DNA of 64,000 nt from Botryllus schlosseri (GCA_051294905.1 CM119378.1:6262001-6326000), one strand, 5' to 3'. Positions 26,226 to 63,425 are shown, numbered from the stretch's first letter. Notes: generated by a model not told the origin, from the letters alone. Numbers and translations: made by a program.

Positions 26226-28401
26226 GAATATACCAAAGATTATTTGCTGCTATCTTTGCGCTCGAATGTCCTGCAGCGATAAAGCGCCGTAAAATCCCAT
26301 TGGAGGTCAGATATGCCCGTGGTAGATGTCCTTGGCACTAACATAATAACAGAAAGGGAAGTCAAATTGATGGATGAACTTTACCAGAAGTGCAAAAGGA
26401 CATATATATGAAGATTAAATTTGTAGCTAAGAATACCTTTGTATTGTAAATTTTTTCTATATTTTCACCAGTGCCGAAAATTGAAGTTAGTTTGTGCGGA
26501 ACATTTTTACGATTTGAACAAAATGATTATAATTTTATTAATTTATACCAAAATGCTCATTAATTCCTGCTACAGGCAATTTTTTTTCAAGTCATAACCC
26601 TATTGTACAGTACATTGTACAATCAAACGAGCATATACAATGCGTTGCTTCATAGCGATCTGAATTGATTCAAGTATAATATGAGCACTTGTCGTTGACA
26701 CGGAATTAGTTCAGTGCGTAGAAGCATTGAAAATCCCGGGGTACTAGAGCGCATTATTACATACATTACATAGAGATCATGTTCTGCAAAGATCAGATCG
26801 TGGCTCAAGACAAACAGTGCGATTGGACGCCATTGCGACCTGTCGCTTATCGCGTAGACTCCAACTTAGGAATGTTTAGTTTTGTTCTTTATACCTGAGG
26901 TGAATTGTCCACCATTGTTTACCGTACGGAGACGTCACAGGTTGATTAAACCTTGATACAATTCAACCGTTTGATGGAGAGAGCTATTATGCCATCTCTA
27001 GGGTACTCCAGGCGGCCTATTATATATACAAGCTTTGGCGTTGATATGAAAATATAGCATATTTATGTTCTAGTAAATCATATATTGGTAGCCCTTCAAC
27101 AGGTAAGCGCAACGTATTTTAGCTTTAGCGTATCACTGCAACTGATCTCTGCCATTGGGTATTGTCGATCACAGGGAGAATTCTTTTGATGACAGTGTCT
27201 GGTTACACAGATTCTTGTTATTGTCTTGTTTACTTAGCATTAATTAATGAGCTTATGCTCCTCTCCAGCTCAGTAGGTTGAAATAACATAAGGATCTCCA
27301 GAAAGCGCGGAAAGGTATTCACGTAGAGAGGGGCTAGAACATGTATGCCAAACCTTATAGTAGGCGTGATATCTAAACCCTGTGTAAATTGATCAGATAA
27401 CAGTCAGATATAGGCGACAGGCATATTAGACTCAAGTTCCATTATTATGAATAGAAAAGGCCCATTGCACACAGCCATACGTACCCAATGTCAGGCGATA
27501 ATGAGCATGTATGGATCTATCGTAAAATGATGCAAATTTACCAACAGTTAAGTTAACAGTCATGTCAGGTAAAGATGAGTTTTATCACAGATTGACGCAA
27601 TGTAGTTTACGACACAGGACGTAAAAGCAACCTAATGGGTGTGCCTCTCATAAATTGCTACGGGGTAATGATTATAAGCAGCAACCGCGGATATGGGCGG
27701 GTGTCTTCCGGAACATTATTGGTCATGGTCAAGCACGATTCTGATCAACAGTCGAAGTATATTCTGCAGATTAGACAAAATCAGTTATTACACGATTCAG
27801 ATGCTGAATGATGCTATACAATCTCACAATATTTCAGTAGACTTCAGACTTTCAAAGGCGGGTGACCCCACTCTTATGAATAACGACCCTGTAATAATAA
27901 TATGGATGCAGTTGCATGCACGGAAGAATATTGTGATAGTGTGAAAGTCTACGTCACACGACATTTATTTCACACTGCATTCATATACCGATAGAATAGA
28001 GATCCTTCCTGTAACCAGACCTACTGTAAACAAATTGCGAACAAGTGCGAAGTTCGAATACGTTCAATTGTACGTAAGATTTTATTTTTTACCATCTTCT
28101 ACATCAGTCAAATCGCAACGACTAAAATATAATGACCATATACTCCTAGTGACCAATGACCAATGACCAATGACCATAGATCAGGAACCGATATAATCTA
28201 TGTTTAGGCCAATTTATATGATTTATCACAGCTATTTCAATCTTAGCGGAACAAAAAATTGCTTCCCGCCTTAATGATTTTAAGAATTGATCTTGTTATG
28301 TTAATAATTTCATATCACCTGTGAACGCGAATAAACTCTCGCCATCTCTCCCAATTATCCAGTATATTATCCCGCGAGTAAAGGCCTAAATTGGACTCGC
28401 C

Positions 28402-30249
28402 ATGGATTGGGGCCGAGTCCCAGAATGCGTGAAATTCTACGGCACGGGTAGTCTTACGACAGGCTCCGGCGATATGCTACATGTGGACAAGACCACCAAA
28501 AATTGGAGGCGGTGGGTCTATCACAAGCAGCATAAGAAAATACCGGATCTGTGCGTGAATATGTACGGTAACAAGAGACTCATTGAAAGAATAGAGACTG
28601 CCGCTGTTGCTATAAAATCAGGTACAATACACTCATAATAAGTAAAGTATATAAATATGAGCTTATGCCGTATAGTCAGGTTATCTTGTATTATAAACGT
28701 AGTGCTGGTATGGTCCACAGCTTCAACACCAATGGGTTGCGGGTTTGCGTCAGACAGAGGTCGACTCCAGAATTCCATCTCAAGTGTTTGAGGTTTATCT
28801 AGGCTCCTCGCTATCTGATCCGCGTCAGCGGTGTCCTACAAATGCCAAGCAGTAGGCCTTGCTACAAGTCGGCAATTACGGAATCATAGTAGAGAATATC
28901 GGTCTGATGTAAGTGAACATTGCAGCAGTCGAAAAACGCCATGAGTGCTACGAATAACAATAAACAAATATGGCCACTGGCATGTAATGAAGTACTGCTA
29001 ATTTTTAGGAGTACTCAAGTAGGTTATTATACGTTTCGTACTATTCTTACTCCAGTTGTATGTTTTCAGGCTATACTCTCACTTTTACTTAGCATCTATT
29101 GTCGCAAAATACTTACTTTTCCCACTTTTTTCATTTGTAGAGTAGAGAGGGGTTTTACGATTGGTTTGTATCACTTTTCAGAATTTTCATTTTTTTATAG
29201 TTTGGTCTTGTCACAGAAATGTCTACTTTTACTTGTAATTCATTATAAATTTATGCCGCGACTCGTACTCGAGTAGCAATGCTGACTATAGTTTGACCCC
29301 TCTGATTTTAAAGTCACTTTCACGTTAACACCCCGAAATTACGTAATTTCATGCATCAACGCCATAATATTTTACTGCTTTAATACTCCGAATCTATCAG
29401 GGGAAATAGTATATATGCTTTGACAGGTTATAAGCATGTCGCCGAAGAGCAGTTTCAACACACAATGGCGGAAGCCAGAGACCAACTGTCCAACGCGCGA
29501 TCAGACAGCGCGGAAGCGCTTGACAGGTATTTCCCGCGCGTTTATGTGGGCGCAACTAAATCTAACTGCTAACGACCTTTTAGACTAGGAAAAATCTGCC
29601 TTCAAGTTGCGGACTGGGCAAAAGCTATAACTTGCTTCGAATACTCGTATCATATGCGTCGGGTGATTTACGGCCTGGAAACTGATCACTGCAAGACCCT
29701 CGAGTCGCTGATCTATCTCGGAACATCATGGGCCGAATATGAAAATCTACACAGGTACTTTATGACTGGACGTCATGCTGCTTTGCTAATAACTATATAG
29801 ATTACTAACTTACGTCAGTTAGTAATCTATACAATAACACTGACCGAGTATAACGCAATATGAACGAGCACTATAGACGCGGTGGTTATATGATATTCAA
29901 ACGAATGGAAATCACAAGGTTTACCATGAAATATTCACAGTACGAGCAATTGCCTTCAAATGTTCAAACATACTTTAACGGCCCTGGATGCCATCCACTT
30001 CCTTACTCGTCATTATTTTTCAGGGCCATCATCGTGTTCGAAAAAGCTTTGGAAATGGCTAAAAATATATCAGAGAAGGGCGCGAATCGCGACGAGCGAG
30101 TGGCGGAAGTGCTGCACAACCTGGGATGTTGCTGGGAGCGACTTCACGAACACCACACCGCGTTGTCCTGTTACGAAAAGTCGGAAAAAATACGCAGAAC
30201 GATTTCGACTCCGGCGGCTTGCGGATCCGCCCCGCGATACTTGAATTGA
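28402..30249 (+). CDS. TPR-repeat protein (kinesin-light-chain/NPHP3-like TPRs), 4 exons, 238 aa
   Basis: Exons 28402-28621, 29427-29526, 29584-29754 and 30024-30249 total 717 nt, all GT-AG and phase-consistent. Start context gccATGG. TPRs: ALDRLGKICLQVADWAKAITCFEYSYHMRR, SLIYLGTSWAEYENLHRAIIVFEKALEMAK, VLHNLGCCWERLHEHHTALSCYEKSEKIRR. The first exon is the least certain. Confidence 0.78.
28698..28968 (+). mobile_element. SINE family S1 in TPR gene intron 1
   Basis: Contains GAGGTCGACTCCAGAATTCC, core GATCCGCGTCAGCGGTGTCCTAC, GGCCTTGCTACAAGTCGGCA and an AAC-rich tail. Confidence 0.75.
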
Positions 30250-30707
30250 ATTCGCGAGTCACGACCTGACGAATCCAGCGAACGGTGCTGCCTTGCGACC
30301 ATACATAATATATACTGCCAACTGTGTCGCCTCAAGAGTGAAACGATTCCTGATTTTATGGCTACAGAATAATGGAAACTCTCGTAAGGCCTGTGATTTA
30401 CATTGTATTACTCAAGGACATCATTTGCGGAAGTGTAACCATTTATACATGATTAATACCAAACTGTTTAACCAAATACATATATTTTGCATAAGCACAC
30501 GTACGAGATGGGCACTGATATGGTCAGAGTGTGGACATTTCAATGCACGCAAGAAGCCTTCGTACAGCATTACCCTTCGGATGAAATACTCGGTAGACTT
30601 ATTCTGGCGGAAGTCAATATCTATGTTTCCTCTGATATAGCCTATTGTAGTGGACTGGATAAGAAGCTTCGTTATGTTGAATCCGAATACTAGATATAGC
30701 ACTAGAT

Positions 30708-31550
30708 CAAGGATTCTCAACCTTTTTTGTCCGTGGCCCATTTTCAGGTTTGAAAATGTTCTGTGACCCACCCCTTACCCTAGCCTAGAGTCAAAGTTCT
30801 GTTCAATGATAGTAATCGGCGGCGCTGATATGCCTAATATGTATATGTTTCTCTTACTAATCACATTTAAATCTAGACCTCTAGGAACGTGAAATCGCGT
30901 CACGCGCGACGACAAATTTCAAGTTTAACAACAAACGACCAACCAAATTTCAAGTTTAACAACATACGACCAACGAAATAATTTTGGGTCCCTGCCATCC
31001 CTCCCCCCCCCCAATTTACGGTTTGGGTACGGCAGTTACGGCTCTGGTAGATCGTATAACTCTTGTATACGTTATGGGCATCCACTTTTCCACTCACGTC
31101 GCGAAACCCAATGATCTGATCCCCGCATCCACTGTGTGCTTGGGGTTTTAGTTCAACTATATGGTGGGAAATAATATGACAATTCAGGGCCAATTCGAAC
31201 ATTCCTTTGGTGAATGGGATGCCACAGAGAAGTGGAGAAATAATTTTATAATATGCAAGCTGTACATTGTACAATGTCTTGTACTGTACCTACTGAAGTT
31301 GCGATGTCAGAACATTCAATCCAATGATACAACTCTTAAATTATGTACAACAATGTGACTCCACACTTGTCAACGTCTCACCAGAGTCAGATGAAAGGTT
31401 TTATGTATTCTACGTATAATTCGATGACATGACTATATTTTTGAGCGAACTTTACAAATATAACTAAACTTTCAGTAATTTTCCAATTTTTCAACCAGGT
31501 CTGTGGCTCACCTCTAAATGCTCACGTGGCCCACTGTTTGAGAGCCCCTG
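30708..31550. mobile_element. Charlie-like hAT MITE family F, 843 bp
   Basis: Termini CAAGGATTCTCAAC...TTTGAGAGCCCCTG with TSD CACTAGAT/TACTAGAT (7/8). Confidence 0.8.
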
Positions 31551-33827
31551 TACTAGATAATCAGAATAGCAGATACTAATAATTATGATAATAATGTACC
31601 GGATTCATAGTTTAGTTAACAACATGACCATTCTTAGCTATCCAGCTTTTCGAATAGTTATGATAACAAAAAAAAACTTTTCACTTTGTTGCTATCTCAT
31701 GTGACTTGATACTTCTTGTCACAAGGATTATGAGGTTGATCTCGGAGCTGACCTGTCGTACACCTGTCGTACACTTCCTTGTCCAGAATAATTTTGCTGC
31801 GATGAGAAACAACGCAATCCTGGATATACCATAAGGTAAGTAAGATGTAGTAATATGACTGTGCAGTGTGCACTGTGTGCAGTGTCCAGTCCATAGAAAT
31901 TGCGTGGCGTATCGCCGCGTGTTTATTGCGTAGGTAACAGACATTCAAGTCACAGGAAGCTGCGACTATCAAACTGTATATTGCGTGTATCAGGTGATTG
32001 AGAAATCAACATCGATGAGATAGAAAGAAAGAATACTGCAAGCTTCCGTCACCAGTGACAACGCAACGGGAAAGTGAGGTTGTGATAGGGACATGCAATG
32101 CCAACTCGTCACTTAACTGGCTCAATTTTGAGGCGGAATCATACCAGAAGTATAAAGCTTCCTTTGATCGTTACTAACTGGAGCCGTTACTTGGAATAGT
32201 GCCGGATATTTGAAGCAATCATAATTCCGCAACTCCCATAAATGGTAATATTGTTTGATCGAATATGATCACACCCTGGATCCTCTACGTCAACTACTTC
32301 TACTTTAACATTTTTGAAACGCACGCTCTGACGTTGCGTATATCAATCCAATCAGACCTAATTGGTGCAAAGGACGCTCTGTACCTCTGTACCTGTCGCG
32401 ATTACACAACGATCGCGGCAGATAAGACTGGCGTGACACGCCATCGAGTCAGGTATCTCTGCGCTGTATGCGCCATGCGGCAGAACACTAGGGCTGAGCA
32501 CAATGATTCGAGTATTAATTGTAATCACTCAAGTCGATTGGCTAAAGATGATTTCCTCTCGAGTACTGAGATTATACGCTATTTACCAATAAAATATCTT
32601 TATTAACGAGAATAACAGTTTCAACGCTGTTTCCACTGTGGATGCTGTAAACCTGGATTGGTCGTATCACAGAATACAAAACATCTGGTACAAAGCTACG
32701 CAAGTCAGTGGAAATGATACGTGTGTGCGAAGTCTTGATCAACCCAGCACGACATTGTCACACAGTGCAATGAAATAGGTATAGTCTCAAATTGAATAGC
32801 AAAATGATAAAAAAAAATTTGGCCACAGCCGTTTTCTTCAGAACGCCACCGTAATGGAGCTGCAATTTATGAATTTTCCACAAGAACTTCACGCTCCAGC
32901 AGTCACGCAGATATCGAACGTTATATAGTTGTCAGGCGATGTTATGAAGGAAATATGTCGTACACGACAGAAATAGAATACACTAGGCCCGATCTTGACA
33001 TAAATCTCCTGACTGAAGAATGAACATCTTCCGTTGAACGCGGTATCTAAACCACCTTGGCGGCAGATACGGAATCAAAATAAAGACAATAGGCCTGGTA
33101 GTCGAGAAACACAAACAAACAAACAAACGTTCCTAATCTCACCACTGCGCGTAGTATGTATTTTCTAAGGGAGTCTTTTCGGAGAACGAATATATGAATT
33201 CCGTTACAGTATTAGCCACGAGCTAAACTAAAACCGTAGTCAGTACTGATATCGGTGAATATGTCGCCGAATAATTTCCGGAGTCCCAGGTGTGAAAAGC
33301 ACTACCCGGCGGTCGACACTAACGAATGTGCGTAGTGCGCAGCTTGGAATTATACTGTCAAAGGCTTCCGCGTTGGGAAGAAATTATCGACTGATAATTC
33401 TCGTTGATCAAATAATTATCTGCTGCGGATTGAACTAATTTTGGTACTCCAAAGATCGACTCGGGCTATACTCGTTTGGGGTTCGAGCACTCGACCTGTA
33501 ACTTGAACTACAATTGGTGCAAGGGGTGACAAATCCTCAGCGATAAATTTTCGAAATGAATGTATTGCGACATAACCAGCACATCATTTGTTAATTTCCA
33601 AAAATTTGTTCCCTCATGGCGCAGTCTCTTCTGAATCCTTGTGTCTTCGAGTATGTGTTCAATCCTCAAGTTATATGGGAAGCAATATAAATGTAATCGT
33701 GATTGCATCTCTATACAATAGTAATGGAGCAGTACGAGTTTTTGCTGTAATCATGTTCGCACATTTCAGAAGAATTCGTAATCGCAATCGGATACATTGA
33801 TGCAACAATCGACTAACGTCTGGTAAA

Positions 33828-34341
33828 TAGGGCTGGGCACAATGATTCGAGTACTCGAATCTGAATCGAGTATATATTTTAATGATTCGAGTCGAGTAGC
33901 AAAAGACGATTTTTTCGAGTACTGAAATTAAACGTTCTTCGCTACTGAAATTTATTCTATCAACGAGGATTAGGGTTTCGATGCTATTTTCTAATGTGGA
34001 AGCCTTGAAACCTTGATTGGCCGTATCGCAGCATACGAAACACGTATAGTACAAAGCTACGGCCGTTACTGGAAAGACATTTCCGAAGTCATGATCCTCC
34101 CACAACATTGTCACAAAGTGCAATGAAATCGGTGGTCGAAGAAATACCAAAGTGTCTTTAATGTGATGGATAACAGGCATTCTATTCTTTGTGGTGGCAC
34201 AAAAGGTACATATTTGAACTTTGACACATTACATTTTGTCGTGACGTCATAATGAGTGATACTCGAATACTCGACTCGACTCGAAGCATAATACGTGATT
34301 CAGAATCGAATCACTCAGGTACTCGATTTTGCCCAGCCCTA
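33828..34341. mobile_element. hAT-type MITE family B, 514 bp
   Basis: TIRs TAGGGCTGGGCA...TGCCCAGCCCTA with perfect TSD CTGGTAAA. Confidence 0.93.
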
Positions 34342-34541
34342 CTGGTAAACACACGTCTACAGCACCAGAGTTTATGCGAGAAAAACGTAAATAGAGTGCA
34401 CGTGATTTAAAATTCATTATCGACGTAAAACCAAGAACTCCTTAAACCGCTCAAATTCCGAGCCAATTCGAAAAAAGGTAAACACTGTGTGCAGGACACG
34501 ATTTCAATATCTAGAAGCAGTTCCGCGTCGATAGTTTTCGC

Positions 34542-57230
<22,689 letters not shown>

Positions 57231-57659
57231 CTTCAGCTGCGCTGCCTTCATGAGCTCATTGCACTTTACACTACCATTGAAACATGACACAGCAAGGCGG
57301 ATAAAATCTGTGCATTTTAAAAGTCGCAAGAACAGGTTATCGCGTATTCATTATTCATATGCATAAATATCTGGGTGAGATTTTATCACGGTGCATATTG
57401 CTGTTTGGGGCTGTCAATCGCAGTGTAAGAATGCAGTCGCGAACAAAATGAGAATAATACAGACAAGCGGAGATACAACGTGCCACTTCGGATAATCTCA
57501 CAACCCAATGGATCCGACAGAAGGGTAACGTTACGTTCACGTTAATTAGCGTCTTGCATAATTATAGCACACAGAACCCAACAGTGTATTAATTCTGGAC
57601 CTACACTTGATTTAGACTTGGCAATACAGCATACCGTATTGCAAATTAAATAAGGAGAC

Positions 57660-57810
57660 ACTCCTCGCCATCTGATTCCCGTAAACGGTGTCATACAAAA
57701 AGCCTATAGAACGAAAGCGGGCCGTGCTACAAGTTGGCAGATCAGGAATAAAAACAAGCAATATCGGCCTGGGTGTAAAATAACCACGGAGCTCGAAACT
57801 CAACAAACAA
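57660..57810 (+). mobile_element. 5'-truncated SINE family S1
   Basis: CTCCTCGCCATCTGAT...GGCCGTGCTACAAGTTGGCAG...GGCCTGGGTGTAAAATAACC and an AAC tail. Confidence 0.75.
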
Positions 57811-57975
57811 CGTCAACAATGAGAACATATTGTAAGGTTGACATAGGTTGAGAGTGAAAAGACCGTGAGAATCTTGTCTAATTGCCGGTAGCCTTTTTGT
57901 CGTTGATGTTTCTCGAAAATTGCTGGAACGACTTTCGACATGTCTCGGGGCAAGGGGCAGAAATAGGTTACGGTC

Positions 57976-58561
57976 CAGTGATTCCCAGACTGTGTGCCGA
58001 CACATATTATCAGGTGTGTCACGAATGTTCTTGACTTTTTTGAAGAAAAAATATTGAGACGAGCACATGTGACTTGAAGGCGCTCTTACTTCTTCAACAG
58101 CCGAAAAGTAAGCGCATGTCACAATAATGAAACCCGATATGGCATCGCAGTTAGTCAAGAACTCTTTCAGCAAAAGATCTGCTAATTGATTTAAGAAAAT
58201 GCCCATTTTAATGAAAGCTGTTTCTGCAGAAGAAATTGGTCGAGTTTTAGCTGTCTTCTTCCAAATCCGATTCCATCATCGGTGCAATAGTAATAAAAAT
58301 TATGTTAACGTTTGCATCCTCATGACTATTTGAGCATGGCTTTTTTTTGACGGAAATTATAATAGTCACTGCTGCCTGGAATTAATGACGAAATGCAGAT
58401 ATGTATGTCAATAATGCAACCTCGTTTCTGTTGAATATGTTCTGTTCATATAAGCAGCCACATCCATCGTTTTTAAATCTACTTTTCTAGGCCCAATTGT
58501 GCCGCAGGAAGTTGATGATTTTTCTGGTGTGCCACAAGCTCTAAAAGTCTGGGAATCACTG
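57976..58561. mobile_element. Charlie-like MITE, 586 bp
   Basis: TIRs CAGTGATTCCCAGACT...AGTCTGGGAATCACTG. TSD not cleanly preserved. Confidence 0.72.
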
Positions 58562-61500
58562 GGTTACACTATCCTTCGTTTTCGGGTTTTTTAGGAATGG
58601 ATTATGTTATCGGCGAGGGCCATGTGTTATTGTTTACGAGCAACATTTAAACGGAACTGAACCGCTAGGCAGTGCGCACTCTTGTGACGGGAATGGAACA
58701 ATTTCTAAGTTTGTGCAGTACAGTGCATTTAAATACATACATTCACTAACAGTGATATGGTCGCATTTAACATAGGCCGTATTTTAAAACGCGGGCCATG
58801 ACAGTATTATCGAACAGAATGCGAGAAAGGTCCAGCAACTGCTATCATATACGAAGCTCGTGTCTACCGTGGACACATTGTAGTGATTATGTCTCGTCAA
58901 ATATTTCTAAGATACAAGGTCGAAAATAATTATTTATTGATACAGGTAATACTTTTAAAGCATTCTATGCAGTGCAATATATTGAAACAAATATTGTAAT
59001 TTCCGATGTTATTTTAGTCTGCAAGTAATCACGGCTACAAATCGCATTCTTTTTAAACAAGGGCATTCTTTTAAGCATCTATGTTTTAAATATATCATCA
59101 AATTAAACACAAACCTGCATGGGTATACAATATCTTTACGCCATTTTTAGATCTGATACATCTCATGCAGACGGTGAAGTACAAACGCGTTAAACGTAGT
59201 TGAATAAAATATTGTGTCACAGTATTTCAAACCATTCAGTATCTGGTTTCTCATACAAATGTTACTTCCTAGGCCTTCAGCTCGATGTAATCCTCCGTTT
59301 GTACACTAGTTACGAGCATATGAGTGCCGTTCGCTTCCAGAGCTGCGATTCTTCGAGACAAATGACACTGCAACCAGCCTGTTTCACCCACTTACGGATC
59401 TTAGATAAGAGACGAGACGTGGCCCTCCGTTAAAAATAGCACTTCTGCATCACAGGACGAGCTATATCAAGGCGGCTCTCGTCACCAATAGATATTGACA
59501 ATTGTCGTATATCGATCCGGTATAACGATGATAATTTTTGTATTGATCGTTTTCATGCTGCTTGTTGTGAGACTCGATTTCTCAGCAAATAAGGCTTGAT
59601 TGGTACCTAACCAAACTGCGCCGTGCTATTGAACGGAATAATGACCGTCACCTCTCGTTATATGACGCTTACTCTTGTTTACCGGCTCTGGGCCTTTATG
59701 ATATCTGCTACCCTTCAACGGATAGCTTCAATTGTCTAATCACTGCGTTGATAGCGATTTGTAAATTCTTAATTTGGCGCGGCGACGAAACGACATTTTG
59801 ACGGATCACCCGCAGCTGGTGACTGCTTGATTATTTCACTGTTGGGACACGCCAAACAATCGCATTGATTTATCATTGCCAACTTAAAATCGAACAGGGC
59901 CCCACCGGGGGATATCGATTGTTGTCTTAACTCACGTTGTGGTAACAATCCTATAGATCGGTATATATTGCAGGTCGTGACTTTGCAGGTGATAACCTAG
60001 GTACGGTTGCACAATGCACATGCACAATGCACATTGCCATTGCGCATTGCATTAGCAAATTTAGATTCGTTATATTTTGGTTTAGAAGAGGGATTCGAAG
60101 AGGAACCGATAATTATGCTGAGATTTCATGCCAACATTATAAATTATGTGCGACCGAGAACTAGACTGCGACTCGAACTTCTGGATTCTCAGTTCAGAAA
60201 CGCAATAGGCAGGACTGACATTCTTATTATTCATTTATTTCTGCGACTTCTTCGCAGTATCACAGAAATAAGTGTTCACATTCGCGATTTCGCATGTAAC
60301 GCATGTAACGCAACTGCATATTACAGAATACATCTGTATTCATTTGTGCTGCTCGCATAAACGCAATCCAATGAAACAAACATGTATTTTTGTCTGTACC
60401 AACGAGCTACTTTGACGATGAATACCACACGGATACTGAGTCAGCACCACCAGTTTCGTCTCTACGTTTGCTGAGGAAACAGCAGATCCAGATAGTAGAA
60501 TTACGAACAAGTCTTTGGTCCGACCAAACCGGAGTTCGTGCCTACAGCCAACCGATCTCTGACTACACTTTCTCGTCCGTAGTAACAATTGGATTTGGGG
60601 CAAGCTCATCTCCCCAGACATGGCGCGGAGAAACGATGTACGTACTACGTATACTGAATCATATTTCTCATGACCCGGCAACAGTTGTTCCTAACAGTGG
60701 CTCCCCTTGGGGGTATGCGAGAAGGTTTCAGTGGTTTCGCCAGGTAATTCAAAATTGACAAACTTTAGATATCAATACGCAATTAGTTTCACTTAGATTC
60801 AAGTACTACAAATATGTCAGGAGTAGTGGGTTCCACATATGAAGTCTTTACGTTCCTCAATGTAATTAATGTTTGTCTTTGCTGCTGTATGATGCAGAAT
60901 AGTGCTCTTCAGACTTGGTTATAAAACTTTTGCAACAACACGATATATATTCCGAGACCGAATAACCAACACATTGAGATACAGCGCAGCCAACGCAGTA
61001 CGGCTACGTAAACCAGGGCATACCAAACTGGACGATAATTTAATGGTAGTAAAGCATTATGCGATACTTGAGATATATTTCTGTCATCGCTGCCACCGTA
61101 TGAATGCAAGACCAATGCGTTCACAATGATGCGAAGTACTTAATCGCGATTAAGTTCGTTACAGCTTGAATTGCCTTGCAAAATTCAAAGTCACCTCGCA
61201 AATTATGAAAAGCAGGATCTAAAGAAGGGATATAACTATTTCACGAAGATTAAGATTCTCTGTTAGATTTGCCGAATTTCTTCTACAATGTTATTTACAA
61301 ATTCAATCGTGTGATCTAAGTTACGCCAACATTGATCGTTACCAAGTTCACTGTGTTATGTGACTCTATAAGTGGGCCACAGTTCGCTGGTGTTACGCAA
61401 TTCAGTTCGCTGTCACAATATATTATTCATTATAACATTCGATGTCTAAGACAGATTTTGCTTACATGGGTGGCTGACAGCTACGTTTACCAACTATAGC

Positions 61501-62519
61501 AAGTCATCGATAACTGTGGAATCGTGTAGATTTTGTAAAATGACTCCTCACAACAGCATATCTTCAGAAACCCGGTCGCTCAGATTACCATGCTTCGGAT
61601 ACTATGATCACAGTGCATGTCACTGATGTGCAAAATAGTTTGACCGTTGACATTCTGCTATCCGGAAATCTAGAATAACAGATCGATAACAATAACAGAT
61701 CTGCCTTCGAGTCTCCGCTGTCTTTCATATATAAGTTAGTTGGTATAGCGCCGCATATAGTATGTAGAGGACACAGTTACTACAGTACAAGTATAAGAAT
61801 ATGGTAAAATCATTGTTTGCAATTCGTGGCATTTAAGTATTCGTAGAACTATTCGAAAACCTCACCGTTCCTATGCAAGACGTTACCGGGACAACATAGG
61901 TATATTGTATAGCTGTTTATGTGTGTGAACTGCGGTGTTAGTCCAGAAGAACAAGCGAAATCGGTGGTACGTGACACAGAATCAGCGATACGAAGCACAT
62001 AAACATATACATGGTCATTGGTCAGTGTGTCACGTTAGTTCGTGGTCGGATATAGAAATATCAAGGCTATCTAAATCTAGATACCGCGAAGGCCCGTGCT
62101 TGTTGAGACATACTGTGCTGTACATCCATATAGAAACTAATATATTATTAACAATGAGTAAAGATGAAGGTTCACACATGACGGAGAATGGGAGACGAAG
62201 AGCCTATATGAGTGAAAAATGCAAACGCCCCTCGGCAACGGGATCTCTAGAAGAACTCTCACTCTTCATCATCAATCAGCTTTATTAATATTTTCATCGT
62301 TTCATAACACCACACAACTAAGATACAATGAAAAGATAGGAAGGTGTCGAAACAACGTGGAGTAGTCTTTACAATCAGATACCCACCTTGGCCTAGGCGA
62401 AGTAAAGAGGCATGCGCACTGAATGAAAAGTAATGCAGAGTATATAAGACACAAGCGACAAAATGAGGTGGCATGTGGCGGAAGGCGAGGTCGATGTTAG
62501 GTCGTTGCCCGGTAATCCT

Positions 62520-63425
62520 GAAGGCTGGCTAGTATTCATTCATTTCGAAGAAATTGCTTGTATTTCGACTTGAATGCGGACATGCTCGACGACTGTTGGA
62601 TAGCTGGCGAGATACTGTTCCACAATTGGGGTCCGGCATGCTTGATAGAGCAATGCGTTTTTTTTTATTCCGTCCTGACCATATGGTAGTTGTTCTCCGT
62701 TGACGCGCGTGAGCTGTACTTGTGCGCTTTTGACTCCGAGGTGAAGTATATAGTCGTTGAAATTTGAGGAGCATTGATCGTAATGGAACTAATACATAAA
62801 CTTGGCAATTTCTAGCTTCCTCATATCTTCTATGTTTAGAACACCAAATCTTTTGAGTGGCGATTTATCAGTTGCACATCCAGGTCCCCGTGGGGCTTTG
62901 GCAATGATACGGATGATCCGATGTTGAAGTTTTTGCAGTGGGTCAATCGTATTCTTGCAGGCAGCACCCCAACGAAGAATTCCGTATAGTAGCTTTGATA
63001 GGAATAGGGTGTTGAAGAGTACCAACAGAACTCTAACGTGCAGAGTGTAGCTAAGGCGGCGAAACAGACCACATACCTTCGATAGTTGTGGTTTGAGTGA
63101 TTATGTGACTCTTCTAAGACATGTCTGAATCCAGTAAAACACCAAGATATTTGGCATTTTTAGCGTTGGAAATTGGTTGGCCAGCAATGTCAACGGTGAG
63201 GTTATTGCAGGAGTTCACGACCAACAATTGGGATTTCGCGGCGTTAACCCGAAGGCTATTATGAGACGTCCACTCATGCACTTTGGGCATTTTATCACGG
63301 GTGACGGCATTCGAGCTTGCGGTAATAGATGCGTGAGATAGGAGGTGAGTATCTTCAGCGAACAGTGTTGTATTCAATGATGAGGTTTCAAAGATATCAT
63401 TGACATAGAAAGTAAACACGACCAC
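62520..63425 (-). mobile_element. 5'-truncated, frameshifted CR1-group LINE (RT C-terminal half)
   Basis: FTFYVNDI...LFAEDT (degenerate FADD)...LRVNAAKSQ...KYLGVLLD, then SKLLYGILRWG...LQKLQHRIIRII...LNIEDMRKLEIAKFMY, then GPQLWNSI..FK in another frame. Confidence 0.88.

Noticed and set aside
33671-34180. 169-aa minus-strand ORF
   Set aside because: It lies mostly within MITE family B. The frame is not preserved in the other two copies and has no transposase motifs.
57742-58206. 154-aa minus-strand ORF as extra KCNQ1 5' exons
   Set aside because: It spans a SINE tail and the left end of a MITE (57976-58561), so it is most likely a chance open frame.
59560-59800. Plus-strand open frame ...WYLTKLRRAIERN...LITALIAICKFLIWRGDETTF*
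   Set aside because: It vaguely resembles an L1/Tx1 ORF2 C-terminus or a coding exon, but it has no start, no diagnostic motif and no linked exons.
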